A stretch of DNA of 64,000 bases from the human T2T-CHM13v2.0 reference genome, Homo sapiens. A model generated the notes under the pieces. That model saw only the letters and a list, made by a program, of their open reading frames with translations, ran no database searches and was not told the DNA's origin. A program made the position numbers and the translations under genes. Below, piece after piece: positions 16,330-30,262 of this stretch. Position 1 is the stretch's first letter. Each line of letters starts with the position of its first letter. The stretch lies in NCBI RefSeq assembly GCF_009914755.1, contig NC_060936.1. One strand, given 5' to 3'.

Positions 16330-19300
16330 TGAGAAGATAAAAACTGGAAAAGAAGAGAGAGAAGAAGAAAAGGGCTGTCATATGTTCATTGCTGGCAGTC
16401 CAATAGACTAGATTGCCCAAGCCTAGTTAATATTATGTTTATGATTATTTCACTGATAGAAATGTAAGGTTCATTATTTCCTTGGTACGCATTTGTAGGC
16501 TCTAGCACTTGGAAATGGGGAACAAATATATAGAAAAAAATCTTCTAGCGTGTGTCTTCCCAAGTAAAGTCTTCATATAGATATGGCCAGTATAACAACA
16601 TTTTCCAGTGTGTGCTATAGAACACGGGTCCCAAAAGATGCTTTGAAAGAAAAGCATTCTCTGGTTAAATTGGAGAGATGTCAAAACTCCGAAACAGGTT
16701 TATAATAAACATTAGCATATTAGGCTCTGAGACATACTGAAGTGAAGAAACCTTTGATTAATTTATTTCCTAAATTTGAAGGCCATAGCAAAATTTCCCC
16801 TCACATAATTTCTATTAACATTTCATAGAATTAGAACTCTGCAGATCAAACTCTGGAAAATGCTGTACCACAGAAACATATTTATTCAGATTTCCATTTT
16901 TTCTCAGTAAACCTCTACATAATTTATTCTAAAATATTCTAAGCCTATATGCACACAAATAGAGATGTAAACCTTCGTTAATTTGGATGTTTGCTTAACT
17001 AGGCTGTTCTGGCTAACTCTGAAAAATTTAACTGTAAATTAAGTGCATAGAACCCTTGTTGAAAAGCATTCAAGAGCACTCTCAACCTTAAAAAAAAATT
17101 TTTAAGAGATGGGAAATTTCTCTGCTGCCCAGGCTGGAGTGCAGTGGCGTGATCCTAACTCACTGCAGCCTCGAATTTTGGAGGCTCAAGTGATCCTCCC
17201 TCCTCAGCCTCCTGAGGAGCTGGGATGTCAGCTGTGTGCCATCATGCCTGGCTACTCTGAACCTTTAATACGATTCAATAGCTCTGGGGTAGGATCAGAG
17301 GTTCTGAATTGCTAATCAGCAACCAGATGATGCCAATGCGGCTGGTCTGCAGACCACACACAGAGTAGCAGTTTGCTTTTCTGCCTTGGTAAGCTCAGTA
17401 AAATAAATATAATAAAATTGTTATTTTGAATAACATTGTACTTGTTGTTGATGGAACCACATACTGAAATAGTTTAAATTTTTAAAATATCAACTTGTTT
17501 TCTTGATACTACCTTCCTCATAAAAGTAAAGTGGGAAATAATGGGGGGAAAACATCTAGCTATAAGAATATCGCTGTCAGCACCTCACATGAAATCTGGT
17601 AATTATAGGTACTTAATAAATGTTAAATATGTTAACTTATTTGTCATAAGCTTTATTATCAGTTATAACTGAAGCAGTGACAAAGAGGTGACATAGGGAT
17701 ACATCTACTAAGGAGGGAATTAATGATATGAAAATATTACTAAAGAGTAATGAAAATGCTCTCAAACATACTCCTAATCAAACAACGTAGGTAGAGAGTA
17801 CGTAGGTAGAGAGAACTGGATGTGCTGATAAATGTTGGGATCTACTGCAGGCTCAGAAAAAGAGAAGAACCAGAGTAATATTCTGGAAGCAGATGCCAGT
17901 AAGGAAACGTAAGCTAGGGAAGCAGACACAGGCATCTCTGCCCCAAATGTATCCTGGAATAGTCACAAAGCGAATGGAGATAGGCTTTCCTAGGGAAGCC
18001 TACCCAGGGATCGGGGAGCTGTCTGGAGAGGAAAAGAAAGAAATACAGATCTTCCCTATGAACCCATCTACCTCCTATACATTATGCTAAAAGAACTAAA
18101 TTGGTGTTGGTTATTTTCATAATTTTCCTATTTGGTGCATTAAGTACCATCCAAGTATTTGTTAACTAGGAATGATTACTAATATGACTTAGTAGTAGTA
18201 GTTTTTAGCTTCAAGTTTTTCAGTAGCCAGATGTAGCTGAATCCATAACAACATATAAGGGGATCAGAAACTTGTTACAATTATGTTAGAATTACAGACA
18301 AATATGTTACAATTACCTTATTATGTTTCAGGGCAATTTTTTTTTTAAGAGTATCTTAATGTGGTCTTGATGGAGTTTTCCTTGAAATGACTTTGGAGCC
18401 TTTGGTCTTCTGGTACTTGGGTATTATCTATAAATATACATGGCTATATCTATAAATATCAACCAGGCAATTATAGTAGATGACGCACATGGACTGATTA
18501 TCAACTACTTGTTGGTAGTTCAACTCGAGAGTTACTCTTGCTCCCTGACTGAGATGTCCAAGATGCAGGCACTTTCAGCCAACCACTTACCTGCCCTACT
18601 TCCCTCATCCTCACACTGCTTTAACCACCTCCTCACTCTTTCCTGTCTCTATGGCCAGGACTTTTTTCAGTTGTCAGAATATGCTATATTCTTTCTTCCT
18701 TCTGTTCCTTTTTGGCAAATCCTGTTGATTTTTCTCTCTGATGGGAATATCTCTACTCATGCTTTGTTAATTTCCATTAAACTTCAGGTCTCAGGTTCTC
18801 AAAACTCAGAACACTCCACTCTTGCTGACTGCCCCTCTGATGTGCTCCCCTCCACACTCTGTAACACAATACTTATTATACTTCTGTGTATGAGTGTGTG
18901 TGTGTATACCACTAGTTGCCTATATATACATATGTGTATGTATACATTACAGATAACTCACTAGACTTTGTTAGCTTTGTCAAAAGATGGTGTCTCTTTT
19001 GCTTACAGTTGTAATTCCCAGAAACTAGCACACCTAGCACATAGTAGCACTGAGTAAGAATGAGTTGAGTGAAGGAATAAGCTTTAAAAATATTCTAATT
19101 GCTCAAGTTCGTTGATGAATGTTCAGACATTTTCATGGATTGAAAAAATAATAAAAGGTTACGGGTGTTGTTTAATTTTAGCTGCATTCTCACAATTTGC
19201 TTATGTTTTTCACAGACCTGGTAGTTTGGGAACCAAAACCTATAGAACTTGTTTTGCACAAGTCTCTAGATGAGCTGTATAAGTAACAGTAACTACTAAC

Positions 19301-20001
19301 AAGAGGTCACTTTTTTTCCTAACTCCTCTTTCATACTCTTTTTATAAAACTCTGAAGCTATGAGTATTCTAGGATTTAAAAAGCTAGGGCTGGTGACCTT
19401 TTTACATTTAGTAAGAATATGAGCCATATCTTGAACATAGAACAGTAACAAAAAAACAAAACTAAAACAAAATAAACAAAAAGGTATTTATTTTGGCTCC
19501 AACTTTGCCAGTAAGTGTTTTCTTTTTTCTCTTTTTAATTGGTCAGACTTAGGCACTATAAAAGGGCTTCATCTGTTTTAATTCTTTGTACATTTACCTA
19601 TCTTATGACTTTACAAAGCCAAACAATTTAAAAATCAGTAAAGTAAAATGCAATGAATAATATGTAATGCTTTGAAATTAATCTGAGCTATACATCATTA
19701 AAATACATTGCAAATATATCACACTATACTAATTGAATTATTGTGATGGCTCCTAGTACCCTAGAAAATAAATACCAACATTTTTAGGTTGGCAGTTAAG
19801 GCCCTCTCAAATCTAGCCCCAATCAATCCTCCAACGTTTTCTTGCACTATTCCCCTTGGTATTCTACTCTTTATTCTAATGGAAGTGACTAGCTGTTTGC
19901 TACACAAGCACATAGAAGAGGCTCAAATGTTAGCAAAATGTTAGAAACTGGCTTTGTTAACCAATGTAAAATTTGGGGGGGCGGGGCATGCTTTATTGAG
20001 A

Positions 20002-20190
20002 TCAGTGTTTCTCAAACTTTACTGTGCATCAGAATCACCTGGAGGGCTTGTGAAAACTCGGATTGCTGGGCCCCATCTGCAGAATTTCTGATTCAGTTGA
20101 TCTGTCTCAGGGTCCGAGAATTTACAAGTCTAACAGATTTCCCAGGTGATGCTGATGGTGCTGGTCCAAGAGCCACACTTTGAGAATCAC
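20002..20190. mobile_element. MER5A
   Basis: cagtgtttctcaaact...catcagaatcacctggaggg...tttgagaatcact. Confidence 0.8.
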
Positions 20191-21316
20191 TAGTTTGCTT
20201 GCTAACTTCAACTAAAGCTGAATGCTGAAAGTGCAAGTTCAATATGAATTGAGCTGCCTTTGTGTAACACAAGAACAGTCTTTTGAAAACTAAGTCAGAC
20301 CATGCCACTTCTCTGCTGAAAACCCTTGCAGTGGCTCATCATTTTACTCCAAGTAAAAGCTGGTGAGCTTACAGTGGCTCATCAGTACATATTAGATTTT
20401 CTCCCCTCCCCAGTCACCTCTCTAGTCTCATCTCCTGACACCCCCAACTCTCATTCTGATGCAGCCACGCTAACCCCCATGTTATTTCCTTTGTCACATC
20501 AGGCACCTTCCTGTCTTAAGACGTTCACTTTAGGTATTCCCTCTCCTTAGAATGTTCTTTCCCCAGTTAACTCTTTGGTGAACTTCTTCACTGTCTTCAA
20601 ATCTTAGCTGAAATCTCACCTTCCCAGTGCTGGGGACTACCCTCATCATCCTGTCCCTTACTGTACCCTGCCACTCCTCTTCCCACCCCAAGCCCTTGGT
20701 TCCCTGGATCCCTTCCCTCTTGTTTTATTTTTTTCTTCTTTGATGACACTAGCCCTTATGAACTTCTCACATACTGTATATTTCACTTATTAGTTATATT
20801 TATTGTCTGTCTCCTCTATCAGAATATAAGCTCCTTGAGGGCAAGGATCTTTGTCTTATTCTCTGATGCATCTTAAGCACCTGGCACATAGTAGGCGCTC
20901 AATAAAAGTAACTGGATGAATGAATACATGAACACATTAGGTATACTGTACAGCATACTGTTCAAGGAAATGCTATATAACTGTATCTTTTTGAAAATGT
21001 TACCTGTTGCCCTACAAGGTAACTTATCCAAGTTAGTGACAAATTATTTTTCTTTTCTCTTTTATCTGCTTAGTAGTTCAGACATTCTCATTTTTAGACA
21101 TTTCTACTAGTGGTCTGAGGCTATGGGATACACACGTATATATATCTATTCATTTAAACATATTCTGTACAAAATGGTGTCAGGACTATGTTCTAAGACA
21201 CCATTATTATAAGCAGAGACCATTTTGTTAGCACATGGAGATTAGGATCTATATTTTAGACCCTAAGGAGCTGCAGATTTTAAGGAAGTAATTATCTTTA
21301 AATAAGGTATTTTTGA

Positions 21317-21707
<391 letters not shown>

Positions 21708-22640
21708 CTCTTTATTGTTATTTTTAAATATAATATTAAAAATAGAGACAGGGTCTTCTTCTGTTGCCCAGGCTGGTCTCAAACTCCTCGGCTCAAGTGA
21801 TCCTCCCACCTCAGCCTCCCAGAGTGCTGGGATTACAGATGCGAGCCACCCCACCTGGCGTAGTTTTCGTTTCTTGAGGGCTTATTCTATGACAGGCAAT
21901 GTGCCATCTCTTTTATCTTATATACACACTTTGTCTTATATAGTTCTCATTACACTACAGGCAGGAATTTTACATATGAAGAAACTGAAGTCTGAAGAGC
22001 TTCAATAGCCGGCATAACATCACACAGCTGGCAATTGGCAGTGAAGGCATTGAATCTACATCTGTTTGAAACCTATTAAATATTACAAAGTCTGAGTACA
22101 AACAAGGAGCAGGAGTAAAACAGGATGCTGGGAGAAATATTATGACACAGATCCAGATTTGGGGCTTGGTGTGGAAAGTGAGCAGTACTATATTTTATCT
22201 GCCATTATTTAAGAGAAAAAGCTTTTAACAAGCAAGCCTGTTCAAATTGCACATTGATATCTTCTCCCTGATGTTAAAAAAATATTTTTAAAGAGCAATA
22301 TAGTTTTTCCTTTAAAAAACTCGCAAATAACCCCAAGGTTTTAAATGCTTATTTCCCATTGTAGTGCTTTCTTCCTGTCACTGTTTTTGAGCTAGAACAT
22401 GGAGTCCTTGGTAGGGAAAGGAAGGGCATGATCATCAATCTCCATTAATAGTCTTGAGTGGCTTCTGTTATCTGATGATTTCTGAGCTGAGAGAGGGTAA
22501 ATACTGATGTGGTTAGATGAGCTATTCATCCACAGTTGACATTTACATAAGCCCTGCATGCACCCTTTACATTCACATAATTCAGATAATGTCCTATGAA
22601 TCGGATAGATCTTTTCAAATTCTATTCTTTTTTCAAATAA

Positions 22641-22985
<345 letters not shown>

Positions 22986-23592
22986 CCAAATAAACCTCTT
23001 CTCAGAGTTATGTCAATAAAAAAGCAGAACCCATGCTATAAGAGTTTAGTATTTTGGGGGAGAGCATAAAATTAATATGATTTCCTAAATTAGTTATGAT
23101 AGTGAGGATACATTAGAGCAGTGTCAATCAAAATGGATTTATAAGGAAACCAAAACTAGTCTTTTTTCATGTTTAAGTTCACTGTTAAGGTAAAAGAATA
23201 ATCCAAGTGCAGTAACTATCCTTTATTTCATCAGCTTGAGTCCATTTATTGTCTACCTTCTACTCACAAGTAGTCTTAAGATCTTAAATAGCTCTCCCTC
23301 TTCCTCACTCTTTTTTCTATTAGTCATCCTGTTTACCAAAATGCAGTGCTATAGGAAATAATTTTACTTTATGGAGAATGAGAAAGGAAATTACTTTGAT
23401 GAATATTATACTGTTTTCACCCAACTGGTTGAAAATTCTTGCCTCTTATCAATGAAGAAATTAACCGATATCTGTGAGTGTGTTATCTCAGAACCTCAAT
23501 GACCTCCTTCTCTTGGGTTAGCAGAATGAGGGATAAAGAGATTCATCTCTTGTACAAATCAGCCTATTTTCTGGAAACCACAGGTTACTTAC

Positions 23593-23781
23593 GTTTGCAA
23601 GCATCTGGAGCTGAGAAGGGTCTCCGCAGGTCACGATAGAAGCCTGGCTTGCACCTCTGGCAATACTGTCCTTCTGTGTTGTGCTGACAGTCATCACAGA
23701 CACCACCACTACGATTCCCTGATGCCTCCCACACATTAACGTCGAAGTGACAGGTATCAGCATGCCCATTACACTTGCAGG
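23593..23781 (-). CDS. NTN4: Netrin-4 coding exon (probably exon 5): laminin EGF-like domain 2
   Basis: 189 bp, phase 1-1: (T)CKCNGHADTCHFDVNVWEASGNRSGGVCDDCQHNTEGQYCQRCKPGFYRDLRRPFSAPDACK, an 8-Cys LE pattern. Acceptor tatttccag|C, donor AAC|gtaagt. Confidence 0.96.
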
Positions 23782-23812
23782 CTGGAAATAAGAAGCGTGG
23801 AGAGAAACACTA

Positions 23813-24257
<445 letters not shown>

Positions 24258-25755
24258 CTAGCCTCGGCCTCCCCATTTACCCTGTTTTTCCTGATTTCAA
24301 TAGGTTACTACTTTTTTTTAAAAGGGTTTCTTGTGTAGCCTTCCAGTTTTTCATTATAGGCTGTTAATTAAAAAAAATAAGTTTCAGGAGATGCATGAAA
24401 ATCAACAAAGTGTAGATTTGTCTAGTTGGGCAGAGATATTATGATGAACTTACCAACGGGGATTGACATTTATTATGGAAAGATTACAGGAGTGACAACC
24501 AGTTTTTTACCCTCTCTTTTGGTAACACTTCACAATTCCCATTCCTGATACATCTCAAGGGTCATCCCTGTGGGTCTCCTGTCCTTGCTAAGAAAAGCTG
24601 AGATTGTCAGGCCTTATGTGGAAAGGAGCATTCATATTGCAGATGTAGGCATGAATTCATGCTTACTAATGAGCCTGGAAGGAAGCTTCTGGTGGACAGA
24701 GCTTAGTAAGTTGGCAAGTAGATTGATTTATCTTTCATAAAGTATATTCTTCAGCTGTTGAACTGGTGAGTAGAAGGTGGACTCCTATTGAAGCCTCAAT
24801 TTTCTTACAGAAGAGGCCTGCAGTATTTATTATATAACAATTCTTCAAAGGCATTTCTAAGATTATAAGTCAATAGCATCAAGTGACATGTCTCTGTGTT
24901 CTATACGTATTTAGATAGGCAGCTGATTTCTGTGGAAAGAGCCAGAAAGTCACCCTAGGAATTCAGGAGAAATTCTTTAGATTCTCTTCATGAGTGATTT
25001 AGAATAAGAATCCAGATTTTTGTGGAGGTCAAATGTATTTGAAAATGTTTGTGCTATTGTTTTTCATTGTTTCCTTGATGTGTTATGAAATTCTGACCAG
25101 ATTCATATCTTTTAAAAGTATATTACAAGATAATTTAAGATTGATTCTTACAGGAAATCCTTTACATTTCCTAGAAACAAACACAAATCAGTTATGACTC
25201 CAAATTACGTATGGGAAGAGACTTCTCACAGTTTTACCCACAGAACCTGCTTTTAAATTCTTGTAAAAGAGAGGTTCGTGAGCGTTAACATTGTGATGGG
25301 CACGCGCATTTCTCTGAACATTTTAAATTGCAAAGAAAAAAATGGCTCATGTTCCCATATTTTAACCTTCCTATTTAATCTCCAGCCTCAAACCTCAAGT
25401 TAGTTAGTCCTTGTAGAGAAATCTCATTCTTAACTTACTGGCTTAATTTCAAATCTAATCTTTCATTTCAAGCATCATAAAGTGAAAAAAAAAGGCAATG
25501 TGGTATTATGGGAAAAAGTACCTAATATGGAGTCTTGAAACTTGGGATCAAGTCCCCACTATCATTTACTAACTTTGGCAAATCACTTAATCTTACTGAG
25601 CCTCAGTTTCCTGATCTCTATAATGGGATTAACACCACGTGCTTTATTGGGTAGTTTTGAGAACTGAATTCAACATAGCTATTTTCATGTTTATAATTCA
25701 CCATCTCAGCAATGAGAGTACAACAGAATCAGATGTTCTCGTGTCTATTCATGTA

Positions 25756-26246
<491 letters not shown>

Positions 26247-26363
26247 TAGGGTCTAGTGTTTGTCACCCACCACTTTGTGTTGTATTTCTAGAGACAACAA
26301 GGAGTCCACAGATGCGTTGACTTTACAAAGAAAGCTTTTGAGTATCGTGGGCTTGTTACTTAC

Positions 26364-26490
26364 TTCTGCACTCGTTGGGAGCCCCCGTTTTGCCATCAGC
26401 TGCCTCCCATGGCCGGTCATTGTATAACGGGGCACAGTGCTGGCAGTGGCTGCCTGCTGTGTTGTGCTTACACATACACTTCCCATGGAC
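26364..26490 (-). CDS. NTN4: Netrin-4 coding exon (probably exon 4): second half of laminin EGF-like domain 1
   Basis: 127 bp: VHGKCMCKHNTAGSHCQHCAPLYNDRPWEAADGKTGAPNECR+1 nt. Acceptor ttgcttgtag|G, donor GAA|gtaagt. Continues the frame of the 51024-51302 exon. Confidence 0.96.
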
Positions 26491-29400
26491 CTACAAGCAA
26501 CATCAAGTGAGAACTATGAGCACACATGTCGCCAAAGAAGAACAGAACATGCTTCCCACAATCTAATCTCATGGATTGGCTTTAGTCATAAGATGTTCAT
26601 TCACTTTCCTGAAGAAGTTAGCCATCAAGAGGAGAGATGCTTTCTTTAGTTTGTCTTATCATCTTTTGAAAAATTCAAAAGATTAAGTAATATAGTTTCT
26701 TGGCTGAAGGGTATATGACCCTATAGAGCAATTCTAAGGTACTGGCTGAGCAAACACTTGAATTCTAAAGTACTGGCTAAGTTTTTAATATCTTTAATTT
26801 TTTAAAATTCTTTATGCAAAAGTAACATACCTTCATTCTAGAAAGTTTAGAAATCCATAATCTCATTGCAAAATGACATTAATATAACATTTGGAGCATA
26901 TAATTCCAGTACTTAAAAAAATTATATTTACAATCTTTTTCACATAATATATTGTGAATATCTTTCCATTTTGTTAAATATTCTCATATAATACACACCC
27001 TAATGGCACCCCGTATGATGTACAATTATCTGACCACCTATTTTATTGTAATTTAGGTTTTTAAATGTATGTATATATTATATTCAATGCTATAATGAAT
27101 ATCATTGTAGCTAAGTATTTGAGTGCATCTTTAATTATTTCCTTTGAATGTATTTTCTAGAAGTAATATTGAAAATATGTGTATTGTTAGGGCTTTGAAT
27201 ACAGTTTGTCCTAATGACTGGGCATTTTTTTTTCCTCCCCATAGTTCAGAGTAATATAGGGTTTATTAAAATAGTATTTCTCCCAGAGAGAAATACTTCA
27301 GTAGAATTCTTAGAAACATGGGAATTTTAATATTTTTTGTATTATTTCACTGATAACTTCTAAAAATTAATATTTGGAATCATCTGAACTATCTCCTGAT
27401 AACTGAGACTTGCAATGAATTTCAACCAAGATGCATTCCAGTACCAAGATTATTTATTTACATGATGTCATGACTGTACAAAGGAAAGGTTTGCAAAGTA
27501 GCTCAGAATGGGGTCCATAAGTGTGGATCTAAGAGGTCTTATATTTTTTCCTTGAGAAACAGTGTTAAAGGTAACATAAAGGTAACAAATTATATCAACT
27601 AGTCAACAAATATTTAATGGGTACCTACAAGGGAGAGTCACTATGCTAGGCCATGTTTGGTACACAAAGTATTAGAAAACTTTCCTGTCTTTAAGAAAGA
27701 TAAAATGTATAATAGCTGGAGAAAAAAGAGTTACATAGAAGAAAATAACAGATAAACAAGACAATAAACAAATACCTAAGAAGCAAAATAATGCTGGCGT
27801 TCAAAAGATGCAGAAATCACCACAGGCTGACAGCTGTGGAGGGCTTTATGAGAAAGGTGGAGATTGGAGCTGGCCCTTGACACATGGGTGGCATTTTTAA
27901 CAGACAGAAGGGAAGAAACTTTTCAGGAAAAGGAAACAAAATGAACCAAGGTGTAAGGAGAATCTGTGAGCAAAGTTTATTTCAATGCATCTAAAATATT
28001 TTGATTGTGACAAAAAATGAATTACTAAAAATGACATGTGCTCAGAGTGGCCAAACCAAAATGAGTCCCTAAGGTAAAGTTCAACAAACCTGAAAACAGC
28101 CACACCGATACACTGATATACTACTGCTTGATCTAAGATAACACTCAAGTAACTTGTGTCATCTCATCCAGGACTTTCTTTCTTTTAATACTTTCCTACC
28201 ACTGGTGGACGCACTCTGCAAGTGGCCTGTGCAATTATCCGAGTGTGCTATATGACTGCTATGGGCCTTATGCTCACATAATGTCCAAGTTCAGGAGTTA
28301 CACACAGGGCTTAGAGGACTTCGGGCTGCGTGTGAGTGAACATGATGCCTAAGAGTTAGCTGGAAAATTTCATAAGCAATATGTTGGTGGCCATCTTGCT
28401 AAATTTCATTTCAGTGTATTGTCATGTAAGGTTCTCATGCTTCATGAAAATTATAGAAGTTCTTTTAATTCTCAGGGATTAGTGAGTATACAGATTTTTT
28501 AAAAATAGGGTAAATTGGCTCCTTGAAAAAAAGATGATGTTGCAAAAATTTTTGTTAATTTTCTTTATAGAAATGCAACTAATACTATAGATTCAATTCA
28601 CTGGTTTTGGTCTTGGAATCCCCAAGTATGAATTGAGTTATGATAATCTACCTTCTTGGCCTTCTCTTCATGGCTCTCTGATATGAAAAGTTTCTATATC
28701 AAAATTCCATGGAATTATAAGGGTTCACTACAAATCTCCATTCACACATCCAGGCAAGCTCTAAAGACAAATCTGCACTTAAATTTTGAGAGCTGCAGGA
28801 ATTCAACTTCTACTGCTCTATAAAAATGAGATTTTTTTCATCCTAGCTCCTGGGTATCTGATTTTTCCTATCCATTTTTTATTATAAAATATATGAAGTA
28901 GAGATGCCTCAGACATATTACTTTTATTGAACATTTTAAATTCAGTGTTCTCTCTCATCATGAAAAAATATAAACTCTTGCCAATCAAATAACTTCTATG
29001 TGGCAAATTTCTGTAAAAGCTCTCAGGAAAAGTTGATGATTCTTTGTTTTACTTGTAGTACTAAATGCTGACTTCAAAGAAAAGAGAGTCTTTGAGAAAA
29101 TGACTGTGTAGGAAAAATCTTCCGAGGCTGAAGAATTTAGTAAGATGAAGGCATCCTTATGTAGCTGGCAGAAGTAGCACAATGGAGACTAGTAGGAAAA
29201 ACAGTTTTGTAATTATCTAAATCCTACATGTCAAAAAAAAAAAAACACCCAAACACAAAAAAGCAAAACATACATAAAAACACATAAATAATCTGATAGA
29301 ATTGGAGTCAGAGTTCCTGCTGTTAAGGGAGTTCTATCTAAGGAGGGCATTAGGGAAAATGTTAAGGGGTGTAAAGTAAATATGATAAAAAACAAAGTCA

Positions 29401-29954
29401 ATTAGTGCTGTCTGTATAAAACTTCTAAGTGCAGTCCCTGAGTCTGTGTCCTGAAGGGTACATGGGATTTTCCTTAGGGAGCAAAGACAAGAATATAAAA
29501 ACCCTAAAGGAATAGTCAGGGACAATCAATAAATAAACCAGAGGTATGTGTTCGAGAGGTAGGTTCAATCCAGATCACAGAACACACTAAACATTAGCTT
29601 AAAGAGGCTGAAATTTATCCTGTAAGCAATGCAGATCCATTGAAGATTTTTGAGTAAGGAAATGATGTGAAAGATATATTAAATATACTTTCTTTTCTTC
29701 TCTTTTTTTAAAAATATTATTTCTATCTCTCTCCTATCTTGCCTGTTATGTTCTTTCTTCCCTTTCTCCTTTTATGGTTTCTTCTCCAGCTTTCCCCCCA
29801 GCTCATGCCTTACAATAACCAGTGGCACCCACATGTATTTTCTGAAAATATTCAGAAGTTGAAAAGGTTGTTAATTTCTTTTTCCTGATTTTCCAGTTAC
29901 ATCAGCATGTTAATTCTTATGTAGTTTTTTTGCATCCTCTCCATTTTTTAATTT

Positions 29955-30262
29955 TACTTATTTATTTTTAATTTTTTTTAGAGACAGGGTCTTGCTTTGT
30001 TGCTCAGGCTGAAGTGTAATGGTGTGATCACAGATCACTGACACCTTGAATTCCTGGGCGGAAGTGATCCTCCCATCTGAGTCTCCCGAGTAGCTTGGAC
30101 AACAGGCACATGTCACCATGCCCAGCTAATTTTTGTATTTTTTGTAAAGATAGGGTTTCACTACATTGCCCAGGCTGGTCTCCAATTCCTAGGCTCAAGT
30201 GATCCTCCCACCTCAGCCTCCTAAAGGGTTGGGATCACAGGCATGAGCCCCTATGCCTGGCC
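29955..30262 (-). mobile_element. Alu (AluJ-like)
   Basis: Reverse diverged Alu. Confidence 0.88.

Noticed and set aside
17785-17813. 15-bp-period duplication acgtaggtagagag; a similar 31-bp-period repeat at 26730-26781
   Set aside because: Ordinary small slippage duplications with no functional hint.
18440-18964. Longest ORF in the track (174 aa)
   Set aside because: No recognisable domain; it overlaps degenerate L2-like and simple-repeat sequence.
24380-24830. Sequence that looked like a processed pseudogene
   Set aside because: No recognisable translation, poly-A or TSD; one end resembles L2.
28199-28215. CTCF-like sequence ccactggtggacgc
   Set aside because: Three mismatches to the core consensus; unsupported.
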